The position numbers and the translations under genes are program-made. Below are positions 1-14,732 of a DNA stretch of 64,000 nt, piece after piece. Each line of letters starts with the position of its first letter. Position 1 is the first letter of the stretch. The stretch comes from the human T2T-CHM13v2.0 reference genome, Homo sapiens: assembly GCF_009914755.1 (NCBI RefSeq), contig NC_060931.1. One strand, given 5' to 3'. The notes beneath the pieces were generated by a model. It saw only the letters and a list, made by a program, of their open reading frames with translations. It did no database searches and was not told the DNA's origin.

Positions 1-339
1 TGTCGAGTGTCCTGTGAATTCCACTTTCCAGCGATCCACCTTTCATCCCCCATTTGCTGTTCGGCGGGCCTAGCCTTGGAAATGACCTTGCATGCTTGAG
101 GACACCCTTTGGATTTAAGCTGCACGGGCTGGACCTGTGGCAGCCCTCTAGAGTGCATGCATTCAGAGCTGTTGGCCTGGCTCCGTCACCTTTGTGATTC
201 GGTACATCATTCTCTCCACACACAAGATCTTTCCTGCCCCAGTGTCAAGGGCGATAACCACGATGAGGAGAAAGCACGAGGCTAGGAATAAGACCATGTG
301 CATATGGACCCACATCCTCCATCCCATCTGATTCAGCGG

Positions 340-490
340 GGTGACCTCAGCCAACCACTTGGCTTTTCTTAGCCTCAGCGTTCCTCCTCTGTAAAATGGG
401 AGTAGGTGCAACTTCCTCCCAGAAAGGTTAAGAAGATGAGATGAAAGTGAGCAAAGGCAGATTGTGAGCTGCACATTGCGGAAACTGTTA
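340..490 (+). mobile_element. MIR SINE fragment
   Basis: MIR core-like gcctcagcgttcctcctctgtaaaatggga. Confidence 0.7.
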
Positions 491-1863
491 GCTCTCTAGA
501 CATTCTTGGTCTCTGAGCAGCTTAGTGTTGGGGGCTGGGGTTAGCAGACATGGTCCTTGGTTGCTGGTCTCCTGCTGAGTAACCGGAGCCTTGAAGTGAG
601 TCACAGAGCCTTATACCCCTTCACCATCTGTAAAGAGGGAGTCACCACTTAGTGACGTCTGCTGTGTCATCCACCTCTGAGAGTGGGATTCCAAGAACCA
701 GAGTACCGAGTGCCTTATGAATTCCACTCTGCGAAAAAATTAATAGTACCTTGGGGTCTTTCATGCCACGTTAGAGGTTGGCTTCTGCTGCAGGCTAGCC
801 AGGCATTGCTCGACAGGGCATCTTGTTTGAGCTCCTCTTCATGTCTGAACCACAAAGGCACAAGCCCTTTCAAGGACATGACATTCAGATGTGCCTCTCC
901 TGTGTGTCCTCTCAACTTTGTGACTTACCCCCTTGGCTGCCAGTGAGGCCTTCTGAACATTGTGAAGGCAGAGAGGGCTTTATAGCAATCAGGCTACTCT
1001 TTGGAAATTGTGCTGCCTTTTAGTGGAGATAGGTTAGCTCCTGCAAATCCTCGAGGCCATGGTGAGCAGCCAGCCCCTCCCCACAGCCCGTCCCAGGCCT
1101 TGAAGGGCTTCATCTGAGGACCCGAAGGCCTGGGTTCCTAAGCTCTCCCTGAGCACCATTTGGGCAAGTCATACACAGAGAGGGAGAGGAAACGAGTTTT
1201 AGGAGTTCTTAGCTGGGTTGTTCCCATCTCTAGGTGGCCTGGCAGTGGGAAGGAGAGAGGTGAGAAGAGCATTGTTTATCAGGTACTGTCAGAGGACTAT
1301 TCCTGGAAAACACTGCTGAATCTTCTAGAAGGGGTGATTTGTGTTCTTTCCATATTGGCAGGTTTTCATTTCCCTGCTTAACATGACTAAGGACTGCAGG
1401 ACCTGTGCATGCTGTTAGGTAACTCTGGCCCCAAGATGGACCCTAGGAGAGACTTTGACACACAATTGATGATGTGCCAGGTGGATAGAAGTGGAAGTGC
1501 AGAGCACCCAGGCACTTTCAGCCAATTAGTCTGGAAATGACATCCAAGAGGCAGAGAGGTACTGGCTGTGCTGCCTCCATTCGTGTGTTTGCCTCTGGAG
1601 CAAAATCAGGCTGGGCTGCTCTCTGTAGGGATCATGCCAAGGATTTGGCAGCTCTCTGGAAGAAGGAGTGATTTGGCCAAGTAGATGTGGGCCTCTTATG
1701 TCTCCGGCAGGTCTTCAGACTCAAATTCTTAAGAGACCAAATGACATCTTGCCTAGGCTATCAGGCAGCACCATTGCAGAGAGGCATGGATGAAGCTGTG
1801 TCACGAGGAGTGGCCCGGGCAAGGTGTGAGATGGTGGCTTCACTTCCTTTCACAAACTCTAAG

Positions 1864-2007
1864 GCAGCATGTTCTCCAGGTGTGGTCCCTCACCAGCAGC
1901 ATCGCCACCTGGGAACTAAATCAGAAACTCTGGGAGTGGGGCCCAGAGAGCTGTGTTGCAGCCAGTCCTCTAGGTGATGTTGGTGTGCTTTCAGAACCAC
2001 TACTCTA
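1864..2007. mobile_element. MER5A-like hAT-Charlie DNA transposon fossil
   Basis: gtgtggtccctcaccagcagcatc...aaatcagaaactctgggagtggggcccag...agaaccact matches the MER5A pattern. Confidence 0.75.
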
Positions 2008-2272
2008 AGCAATACCTTCATATTGACCACTATTAAGACAGATCACTTCCACTGACAGAGTAGTTGCTTATGGCAGCCATGGCAAGGTGGAAACCGTAGG
2101 TATCAGGAGACCTGCGTTCAAGTCCCCCTCTTATGGATACATTTTGTGGGACCTTAGAAAAAACACGGAACTTTTTTGAGCCAGTTTATTAATTTATAAA
2201 GTGGGAATAATCATACATCATCTCCGTGGATTTTGTGAGGATTAAGTTAAATTGATGGCCTACAAAAATACA

Positions 2273-2578
<306 letters not shown>

Positions 2579-5018
2579 TAACTTCCAGTATTTTGCATGT
2601 AAGATGGCATTGTTATGTTTATCGAACACCTGCCAGTTTCCAGGCAAACGTGATCCTTATGTGTTATGTCAGGTAGGTTGTCTTTTTATCCCCAATTTTA
2701 CACAAGATAAAACTGAGGCTCAGGCTTTAAACTTGGTAGAGCAGGACATTTAGCCTGGTTCAGCCTGATTCCATGTTGGCCTTGGAGTTTCACTGGGAGT
2801 CCATGTTCTTAACCATTATGCTTTTTAAAAGTTCTCATCCTGGCTTAACCATCATCTGTGACACTTTCAAAAATACTGAGATTGAGGCCACTGGTTTGAT
2901 GTGGGGCTCGGCCACTGAGTTTCTTTAAAACCTTCCTGGATGTTTGGAATATGTAGATAGGGTTGAAACCATAGTACGTTGCGTATATACCACCACCCTT
3001 CCATCTCAGAACAGATGCTGCAAATCCAGAGTTACATAAATTCAAAGTAAGGGACACAGAGCTTTAGCAAACCATGGGCAGTCAATAAGTGCTTATTAGA
3101 TTTGTGAATTAAGAAGTTTTAAAATAGCATTCACTGCAATTTTAATAAATCAGATAACAGGTGTTCATTTTGGGCAAGTCGAAGAGTCCAGGAAACTGGA
3201 GGAATATAATGTTACCCACAATTTGAGAACCCCTTTTTGTGAGGCCTCAGGAGGTAGGAAGAGGTAGGCGTTGTTCTTCCCACATTAGAGCAAGAAAAGC
3301 AGCCCCAGGAAGGCTCAGCGATTTCCCTAAGTAGGGGTATTTTGGGGGTTGGTTTTTATAGATGGTGGGCAAGGGGATAATAGTGTAAATTTTGTACTTT
3401 GAGCTTTTGGGTAAATAGGCAGATTCTGAAACCATTGTGTTGTATCTACTGATTACTATAAAGGCACAGATCCAGGCTCTTTGTTAACTCCCTGGCAGAC
3501 TGAGTGCTTCCAAGTGCAATTTCCCTCCCCTCCTTTCTTTAGAAATTACCTCGAGCTGCAAAGTGAGTTGGGCTCAGGTTGGCATGCAGGCATTTTCCAT
3601 TCCAAGGGACAGGAAGTGGCTGTGAATCTTGTAACCTGTATTCCTTCTTTGAGAGTCTATAGAGTTGGAAATAAAGACACAGAAGTCTCCTGAGTGCCCT
3701 GGCAGTGCTTCCCTGGATGAAGGGTTTGGGGAGAACTTCTAGAGAGCCAGACTTTCATTACCGAAACTCCCCATCTTTCTCCCCAAACCCAAAGTAGCAG
3801 TGAGACCTGCTGATCACCTTCATGTAAAAGAATAGTAATAATCCCCCCGAATCCTGTCCAAACCACAGAACCCTGCAGGTTTTGGACGAGTCCCGCCATA
3901 AAACCACTTTCCCATGACTTCCCGAACAGTAAACCCCAGCTTGGGTACCAGGGAATGGCGCTTTCAGTTTTTAATGGACTGCAGCTGAAGCAAGTTCAAA
4001 AGTGCGAGGATTGTAAACTTGAGAGCAACTCTGCAGATGCCGCACACCGTGGCAGAATGATTCAGGGGGCCAAACTTTGCCTCATCAAGTCAGAGAATTT
4101 TCTGCAAATGAACTTTTCAAGAATTATGCCGTCGTTGGCATTACAGTATTACACACATGCCTGTTCCCGATCACTCACTGGAACTTATTTTGTAGTTAAC
4201 CTCCATAAAGGACTGTGCGAGCGAGCACAGGCCTGTCACACACACATTATTTAGAAGCCCTTATTATTATTTTATTGCCAGTCCTTGACAGCTGAGGAAA
4301 AGCCAAGCGCTTTAATCTTTTTTTCCCTTTAGTTTACAGTGTAAGAGCTGCATGTAAGATGGATTTGATTAATATGTAACAGAGATGCAATTCTCTGTAA
4401 AATGTGCTGTACTTTAGCACCCTGGAAAACAAACTGCATCACAATGGCTTAAATCTCGGTCCATTGTATTATATAGACATCATAAATAATAGAGAGCAGG
4501 CAGATATTGCTGCAGGCTTCATCTGCATAACACATCTGAGCTCTCTATAATGTGTTCAACTTGTCACTTTTAGTACAGAAGAGAGGTAATAAAGCTAACA
4601 GCTGACTAACACACATCAGCCCTACTTCTACTTCCAGGGGGGTGAATGCTCATTAAGCCATCTTAGCCCTGACTTTTAAAATCCATAACTCTTACAAATG
4701 TAAAAAAGTTGCCGCAAAAGATTAAGCGCATAATATATGTCAAAGTATAATGTTTTATGCATCTCCCCCAACTACCACTCCCCGCTGCCGCCGCCACCAC
4801 CACACCAAAAGTCTGGTTTCTTTTATAGCCTTCTCACTAGACGAAAGAAAATAAAAAATCTGGTTCTCAGATAAAACCAAATGAAATATTATTTTCCCAG
4901 CATCACTAAGGGACTAGGTAATTGCTTTTGAGTTTGAAGCACATGAGCTGACCCCAAGAAGGTTGAAGATTGAAACCTTTCCCCCTCTCCTCTAAGACCA
5001 GCTCAAAGGAAACAGGGA

Positions 5019-5259
5019 GCTTGGGCCCAGGAGTTTGAGACCAGCCTGGGCAACATAGGAACACCCTATCTTTACCCACCAATAAATAAGCCAGGCAGGT
5101 GTGTGGTGCGTGCCTGTGGTCTCAGCTACTGGGGGGGTGGTGAGGCAGGAGGATTGCTTAACCTGGGAGGTTGAGGCTGCAGTGAGCTATGATTACACCA
5201 CCGCACTCCAGCCTGGGTGATAGAGCGAGACCCTGTCTCAAAAAAAAAAAAAAAAAAAA
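5019..5259 (+). mobile_element. 5'-truncated AluJ
   Basis: Starts mid left arm (cccaggagtttgagaccagcctgggcaacatag); complete right arm and A-tail. Confidence 0.9.
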
Positions 5260-5336
5260 TAGGGAATCAGTCATCCCCACTGGGACCTTGCAGACAGGCC
5301 ACTAGATCAGTCTTAGCTGCCTTAAGCACGCCCTTA

Positions 5337-5534
5337 CATTTACTTGCCTCAGTTTCCCTATTGGAAACCAGAAGGGAGTAAACCCCTCCATTTTCTTTCT
5401 GAGGGGACTATAAGGCCGAGTTCAGCACTGCTTGTCATTTACTTGCCTCAGTTTCCCTATCAGAAGTCAGAAGAGAGGAAACCCCTCCATTCCCTCTCTG
5501 AGAGGACTACAAGGCTGAGTTCAGCACTGCTTGT
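5337..5534 (+). repeat. 99-bp direct tandem duplication (MIR-core derived)
   Basis: Units 5337-5435 and 5436-5534 align without gaps, with 12 mismatches by manual count. Confidence 0.95.
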
Positions 5535-6195
5535 GCAATCACAGTTGACAGAGGTTTCAGAGTCTCTGTTGTGCTCTTCTGATTAGCAGTCTTGTGTTTT
5601 AGAGGAAAATTTGAAAACATTACGGTATGTCATTTTCTGTAATGATGGCTGAGCCTTTTTAGGGATTAAGGCTGTCAGGCAGAAAAGAGAAAAGGATGTT
5701 TATACTCTTAACTCAGAGCAGATTTAATCCTATGGGATGCATTTTGGTGGGCTAGGGGAGCATTGTGGTCTCTTTCTCGGGGAGGCTGTGATGTATACAG
5801 TACACGGATGTGCATGTCTCATGACATTCATCTCTTTCGAAAATATACTTTAGAACATTTCTCTTGGAGCTCCTAAGAAAAATAAATGGTTGGTGGTGGC
5901 CCGGATGGTAGGAAGACAGGTTAGGATGAAACAGGAAATTTTTCTTAGTAGTTATAAATCTCTCAAGGGGAAAAGTTAGAGCCCCAACACTTGACTCATT
6001 TAGAACAAGTTGAACCAACCTCTGAAAAATAAACTCACAGGGGGAAAAAAAAAAAAAAAAAAAAACCATAAAAAATCCTGCATGAGGTCAGGGGACTGGC
6101 ATGCTAGGCTAATAGAAACTGGAAGTCAGCGCAGACATCCCAGGATGCACTAGAATAACATACTGTTTACTTCTGTGATTAGCTCAGAACTAATG

Positions 6196-6217
6196 GTGTG
6201 TGTGTGTGTGTGTGTGT
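6196..6217. repeat. (GT)n microsatellite
   Basis: About 11 perfect GT units. Confidence 0.95.
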
Positions 6218-6891
6218 AAGTGTGTAAGAGACCAACTGAGACACAGGGGCTTTCATTGATACCAGTGGTGCTTGTGGGCGGGGATTGAAAGACGGCTTGG
6301 TTCCCTTGGCTAGGAGTGTGGGCCTAGAACAGTAACACACTTTTCCACTGGTCACAATGACAGTTTGTTTTTGGAGAAAGCCATCATTAAACTGTGATGT
6401 GGGCCGTAGCACTGCTACCTCAGAATTCTGTTGCTGTCCACCAGGCAGGCCCTGAAAGCTCAGCTTTCCGTTGCTAGAGCCCACGCCGTCATCCCTTCTT
6501 GCCCATATTCCTGCAGCAGCTTCCAGTCTCATCTCCCAGCCTCCCGGGCTTCTGATCTCCCCCGTTCCCCATGGCAGCCAGTGTGGCCACATCATTTCTC
6601 ACCTCCCAGGCCTGCCATTCAAAGTCATCCACAGTTGCTTCTTTTTCTCTCTCATTGGTCTAATCCCTCACCCAGCTTCCAGCCACACTAGTCCACCCGG
6701 CTCCAGCCATGCTGGTCCATTAGATGTTTCTAGTTATGCTCAGTACTTTCCCATCTGCATTCAAGCTGTTCCTCTGGCTCAGAACACTCTTTATCTTTGT
6801 AAATTGAAGTCCTATTCCCATCTTTGAAGAGTCACCATGAACCCTACCCTTCAGGAAGACTCACTAGACCCCTACTTGAAATAGGTCTTTC

Positions 6892-7224
<333 letters not shown>

Positions 7225-7379
7225 TTAACTAAGTTAACTAAGGTAATCAGGTTCCTTAGTTCAGAACACACTGTCATCCTGGATCCATGGGAGGCCGCCC
7301 TTAGTTTTCCCCACTATCCTGGCCTGCTCCCCAATTCTCAGACACCCAGCCTCATGTGCCTGATATGTAACCTTGTCAA

Positions 7380-8090
7380 GTAGATAGTGTTCTTCTGTGT
7401 GGGTGTTTTGTTTACATAAGTGATGATATGCTATAAATCTTAGTTCTGTTTCTTGTCACTCCACATAACATTTTTAGAATCTGGCCTTGCTGGTGGTTGC
7501 ACATGTGTTTGTTGCTTCTCAATAATACCGAATATTCTATAGTGCACATTCCCCTAGTATCAGATAGCTAAGGTTGCCCTCAACTTCTCCCATGAAATTA
7601 GCACCACAATCAAGCACACACTGTCACCATAACCATCCTTGTAATGTGTCTATTTATGGAATTCTGCAATCTACCTGCGGTGCATGTAAGTTCTAATTTC
7701 CAGATGTCCTTGCCCACACTTGCTGTTATTCACCTTTCTAGCTTTTGCCATCTTGATAGTATAAAGTATTATAAGGAGTTGACCATTTTTCTGAGTTTCT
7801 GATTTCTTGTTGATTTGCATTTTTGGTATAATTTAACTATGGGTCATTGGCTATTATTTTGGACACTCAAGTATCTTCTTCAAATCTGTTGCCCATTAGC
7901 TAACTGTAGTGACCTTGATGTTAAGAGATCTTTACTTTTGCTATAGTGAAACAAATACATATTTTGGCCTCACTTAATGTTCTGGGAGTATCTGGTTTAA
8001 TAAGTCTTTTTCTATCCTTCGTGCACAGATATCATTTCACGTGTTCTTTTATTAGCTTCATAGTTTTATTTTTCACTTTTAGGTCTTTGT
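7380..8090 (-). mobile_element. Old L1M LINE 3' fragment
   Basis: T-rich degraded sequence with L1-antisense motifs (ttttgccatcttgatagtataaagtatta, ttgatttgcattt). Boundaries approximate. Confidence 0.6.
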
Positions 8091-8913
8091 TTCACCCCAT
8101 AATACTTTGTACCATTTCCTAGAGTTTGCCTTGAATTTATTTCCAATTGTGTCCTCAACCAGGTGTAAAGTCTTAGAAGAACTATGTTGCATTCTCCATC
8201 CAAGCCTCAGCTTTGCCGAGCCTTAACCTGACTGACCTACTTCCCTGTGTCCATACTGATGACATTCCTTCCCTACATTCTCAGTGGAAGACATATCACT
8301 CCTCTTGTCTCAGGTCAACTTTTTGTGCATCTGAGTATCTCCTTCCATTCCATCCTCCTCAGTGACTTCTCTTCTGTCTTCTAAGCTCTCTCGCTGTCAG
8401 CACATAAACATGCGTGTCAACTCCCCTTCTCGTGCATCTTCCTCTGGCTCCTTGTCTCTTGACCCCATTCACTTGTCATTCCTTCACAGCAACTGGCTTT
8501 GCCTCTGCCCGTTGATGGCACTGACCCATCCTCATAGAAGCTTCAGTCATTTCCACTTGCCAGGTGAAGGAGTCCCTGCATTCATCAGGCCCACCCTGAA
8601 GGGCATGTGAAATGTTACGACCACCCTTCTTGATTTTTGATTTTTTAAATGTTTTTGGTTTTGTGATATTCCCGTCTCCTCATCTTCATTTTGTCTCTCT
8701 AACAATTCTCAGATCATTTTCAGTGATTCCTCAGCCTCCACAGATTCCAAGATTATGTCCACTCTGATGGCTCTCGCCACTTTTGCATGACAATGATACT
8801 GGACTATGTCTCCATCCCAGGTCTTGCCCTTAGCTTCGGACCCATATTTTCCATAGCCAACAAGATGGCCAGGTGTCTTGTGGACACGGAACATTAAAAA
8901 TGTGCCTAATCTA

Positions 8914-9274
<361 letters not shown>

Positions 9275-12200
9275 TTAAGTGGATCCTAAGACAGGTCTCT
9301 GGGAATTTTTCTAGACTGCCTTTTAAATCAAAGAAACAAACTTTATTATCATGTACTAATTGAATGTATCATCTCTGATCTCTCTCTTTCCCCAACCCTG
9401 TCCAAACCTGTTCCTGTATTCCCATACCCACAATTCAGCCAGTTACCAAAGCCCCACATCAGCAAGTCTCCCCAGACTCTTCCTTTGCTGAGTGCTATGT
9501 ATTTTACCTCTCAAAAGACTGGCTCAGTCCATCCCTCCCTTTCCACCAAGACAGCCTCTGCTATGACGTCCTGGCTCGCCCCACCTACCATATCTGTGCT
9601 GCAGTAGACCTGGGGTACGGCCTGAGAATTTGCTTTCCTGACCAGTTCCTTGGTGATGCTGAGGCTGCTGGTCTAGACGACACTTTGGGAACTACTGCTT
9701 CCGTTGATTTTTCCCATCCATCAATTGGCTCATTCAACAAGTAGTTATTGAGTACCAGTGTCAAGTTCTGGAATTCAACAATGAAGAAAACAAGGTCATC
9801 TATTGAAAAGGTTGTGGAGGGAACAAACAAAGAATAAATTCATCTATAATGTGATGTTTAAGTGATACATGCTAACAATGGTTAGCATTTATAAATGGTT
9901 GAAGGGACGGAGGAGTGGTGATGGAGAGGGAGTCGTCAGGGAAGACTTGCTATTTAGGAAAATTTTGAGCAGATACCTAGAGGGAAGAGCATTCCAAACA
10001 GAGGGAACTGCACGTTCTTGTGCTTTAACCATCCTAAAACACAGTCCCGACTCTATCACTTCCCTCGCGGGGTCAACAGCAGCCACGTTTGACTGCCATT
10101 CTGCGCTCTCCACGAACTGTCTCCCACACCCTTTTCCACACATCGTCTCGCACCCAGACTGACCTGACTTCTCCCAGGTCTCTCTGCTGACATTTCACTT
10201 GCCTCCCCTGGGGCACTTATTTGTGCTATTCACCCCCACCCCTCCTACCTTCCAGCAAATGCCCTTCTTGTGTGTTTGCCTCATGCCAGATCCTGTAATT
10301 CATTCAACGTTTGCTTCCATTTCCACCTCCTCCATGAAGCCTTCCAGAATCATCCCCTTTGAAAGTGCCCTCTTCCTCCTCATTCCAGAAACATTTATCC
10401 CCAGAAGTGCTGCATAACCCTTGTGGCATCTCACCCTTGTATATTCCTCGCCTGGCCCAACTCTGTAGTCCAGCAAATGCGTAGTAGACCTTGGGTGAAG
10501 GATGGCCCAGAAGTGTTTCTCCTGCTCCTTGACCTCTCCAAGAGGCGGGCCTCTGGTATTTCCTAAACGCTGGTGGCTTTACTGTTGAATCAGAGCAAAA
10601 GGAGAAAGGAAAGGCCATGGCCTAAAATGGAGTATTGGAATGATCTCTGGGTTTCTCTGTTTATCCCAGCTTTCTTTCTGTGCTATTACCAAGATAATTG
10701 AGTTGGAAATACTAGTAGCATTTCCTTCATCTTCCTTCAGGCTCACAAGCGTTCTTCACCCAAAGGGAGGGAGATTAATTGACTTCTTTTATCTTCCATT
10801 CAAATGAGGCTTTCATGTGAATCGCTCCCACCCTCCCGCCCCCTCAGCCCTCCCAACCTCCCCTCATTCATTAGGAGCTGGACATGAAAAGGAGAGCATC
10901 TAAAACTCTGCAGAGTCCCTGGATCTCCCCAGACCCCTCTCTTCCCTCATTCCCCGCCAAACATTTCTGACCTGGCATCACAACAGTTCACGTGAGAAGT
11001 GTCACGGTGGGGCAGAGCAGATCCAACCGGAAGCTGCACCAGCCACTGAACTCTCTCCACACCACCAGATGGTCTGGTGCTGCAGCAGCCTTTCAGAATT
11101 AATAACTCTCCCTCCAGAGGGGCAGCTTCATTCAGGAACCGTTTCACATTTTCCAGCTAAGTGTGGTTTTTTCCCATAGAGTTTTCTGGCCGCTCTGTTC
11201 TGGGCAGACCATGGGGCCTGCTCACGAAGGCAAGAGATGTATCTTGCCTTCCCTCCACCTTTCTTTGCCTTTGGCTTCTGACAGCGCAGCTTTTAATCTG
11301 GAAATTATGGTAACTTGTATGTGCATTTTGAGAGTATATCATTGCTGCATTTAATTAACGGTTATTAGTGTTAGCGTACTGTGCTGTATTCTATGTCACA
11401 AATCATCAAGTCTCCCAGAGCAGTTACAGCAATTAAGAACTCCATCACACCTTCTGTATAGTCATTTGGTACTTTTCCAGGTCTTTTCAAAACTGGAAAT
11501 TACTAATCAAATCATTTCTGCTGTGTGCCTCAGTATCGTTTATTCCATTCCTAATGATGTGCGACTTTTTTTTCTTTGGCCGTTAACAGAGGCATCCGTG
11601 CGTCTAACCCATTTCACACCACCGTCATGCTTTAGCGAGGCGATAATGAACTTGCAGAAGGAAATGCAGGCTTTGGTTCTCTTTTCAGAGCAGTGTCTTT
11701 CCTCTCCTGCTGTTGGGTGATTGAATTTTGAAACTGTAAAATGCATCGACAGACCTACAAACCTGACTTGCCAGAGCCACAGCCATCACAGTTGAGCTTC
11801 AATTCAGAGCTCAGTGCGACTCCTGCCTGATCAATTTGTCATCCCTCTAAATGGAAACTAATTACTTCCCAGGGAAAGATTGCAGGCAAATATCAGCCTT
11901 TGCATCAGCAGCCCTCTGCAGTGAGGTTAAGGCAGAGTCCATGGGGTTTCACCAGAGGGGCCATTTCCCTCTCTGCCTCCATCATGTCAGGAAGAATTTT
12001 TATTATTTAGAGCAGCAGTGAGCTTGCCGTCACATCCACTAAGGTCAGCCGTCAAGAGTGCATCTCACTTAATAGGTCACCTGGACGGTCCCAAGTCAAA
12101 TGTCAGAGGCCATTCAACTGCCAGGTTGCAACAAAAACACCCTGGCAGGCTTTTGATGGTGTTTAGATGGGGATGAGCCAGCCCGCTGGAGGGGAGCCCA

Positions 12201-13609
12201 CCGCCTCTGGCCCCCCAAGGGGATTCTCTTTTTCTTTATGCCCAAGAACACTGCCCTGGAAGCATCCCCGGAATGACTGAATCATTGCCATTTGTGCGGC
12301 ATCGAACAGACTGTGCCGCTGACAGCTGTAGGCAAGATTGACTCCGATGCAGTGCCAGGAGATCTAGGCCATGCAAGGCGGCTGCTCAAGGCCCGCTCTA
12401 GTGCGAGGGCCCTGGCTCAGGGCAGCAGGGCTGGCCCAGAAGCTGGGGCCAGGACCGGGCCAGCCAGCTCAGAGGCTGTTGAACAATCTGATCAGAGGAG
12501 GGCCTTGCCAGTTCCCTACCTTTGCCCATTTTGGATGCTGTTCTGCTCTGGCCTTGCTGCTCATCATTCCAGGCTGGCTGAGCAGTTTCAAACTCAGGGC
12601 TGATCCTGCCACCTCTGTGTCTGGGCTGAGCTGCAAGGTCTTTAGCCCAGCATTGCTCAGTCTTGGACATTCTCCCAGCAGAAGTCAGACAAGACCCAGG
12701 AGAGAAGTTTGTTTTGTTCAGCAGCTGATTGGATCCGCTCACTGTTGACTTGTGTTCCATGTTGGAGAATGCGTTCTGGTCCCCCTGAGCTGATATAAAG
12801 GAGCCCAAACTCAAATCTGTGCCCATTCCACGTTTCCCCTCTACTCCAGGATGGAGAGTTTTTCCTCTCATTCTTATCCACACAGCGAAAAACACTAGAC
12901 ACAGTGAGAAACGCTGGACGGCTCTGGGGGCCGTGGGAGCTGGGATGAGCACTGAACTTCTCTAGGCCTCAGCCCACTTCGCTCTGCAAGCCCTGAATGT
13001 GCCTGGACAAGATGACCGGTAAAGGCCATTCCAGCTCTCTGTGCTTTGTAGCCTGAGTCCCTGTGAGGAGTGGTTTGCTTTGAAACACAATATAATCCAG
13101 AAAAAACAGCTATCTTAACTTGGCCAGCTCTGCTTTTAAGCAAGAAATAAAGTGATGGTTTCTTGAAAATGATGCTGGCCTTTATAATGCCTTCTCCCTT
13201 AATCTCCCCACAAACTGAGACAAGGCATCCTGGGTCACACCCTGGCTCGTCTCCTGTGTGATGTGTTTTCTGGGACTTGCACTTTGGTAACCAGAGGAGA
13301 CTGCCAACTGGGTATCATACCTGTCTCTCAACCCCTCTTCTGCCCACCACCCTCTCTCAGCCTCCCTATTCCCTGAAGCTAGCATGCCAGGGAGGCAGGT
13401 GGCATACGTGGTACAAGGACTGCATGCGCACATTTTGGAATGAAACAGTGGCCTTTCTTTGGAACTCAGACCATCCAGTGTGCTCTGGCTAAAGACAGGA
13501 TTGTAGATCTAAGAAGTCCATTGTACTGATTAGTTTCATCTCAGTTTAAGCCACTGACCTACCAAGAGTATCCATTCAGGAAATGTCACCCCATGGCCTG
13601 ATGTAGTGG

Positions 13610-13840
13610 TAGGAGACTGGAAATAGCTGAGTGATGACGGCATGTACACTCAGCATTGCTTAGCCTTGGGCAGGTACCGAACCTTTCTTTGCCTCGGTTT
13701 CTCATTTATAACATGGGAATAATGATAGTACTTACCTCTTCAGGGTTCTGGTGAGGGTTCCATGAACTAAAACACATGAAGAGTCTAGAATTGTTCCTGT
13801 GCTGTCCTAGGCCCAGGATGAATGTGAGCTGCTGTGGTTA
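13610..13840 (+). mobile_element. MIR SINE
   Basis: ccttgggcagg...gcctcggtttctcatttataacatgggaataatgatagtacttacctc...agggtt. Confidence 0.75.
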
Positions 13841-14153
13841 CAGCTAGTGTCATAGTACTCCGCCCCCCTCCACCACCAGACTACCACAGTTTCCTGCATT
13901 CTGTGATGCCGTCAGCTCACTGAGTCACCTTCACCAACACCTTTCACGCCTCTGGACTTCAGCTTTCTCATCTGCAGCACGAGGGAGAGGAATGGGCTGA
14001 GGCTTGCCATGGTGCTTTCAGGGACAGGCGTGGGAGCATCTGTGGCGAGTTTGCAGTTCTGTGTTGTATATGTCTGCACCAATGAGAGTTTCATGATCTT
14101 GAATTTATACACTCATATCATGAAGCACAACCTAGTAGCATGTTTAGATGTAG

Positions 14154-14508
<355 letters not shown>

Positions 14509-14732
14509 CTGGAAGGAACCTTTGTTAAGAGTTCATAGTAACAGGGTGCTAAAATGAGTTTATTAAAATAATCCCAGTAGATGAAAGATTAGGAGATCTC
14601 TTTTGAGGAAATTAGAGAGTTTAGATCTGTTTTGAAATTAGGGAATGCCTTTTCCTATTGACCTAAGTCTCTGATTATATATGTCAACCTCAGCTTACGG
14701 AAAGAAGCTGACATGTCAAAATAAGAAGAATA

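Noticed and set aside
163-474. 103-aa minus-strand ORF with a hydrophobic, signal-peptide-like stretch (MVLFLASCFLLIVVIAL)
   Set aside because: The first half is antisense MIR; no promoter, splice or homology support is visible, and short hydrophobic ORFs occur by chance.
11060-11126. CTCF-like words CCACCAGATGGTCT and CCTCCAGAGGGGCAG
   Set aside because: They mismatch at informative core positions; too weak to call without PWM or ChIP data.
12292-12952. Overlapping 103-184 aa ORFs
   Set aside because: No recognisable protein similarity or exon structure; locally higher GC explains them.
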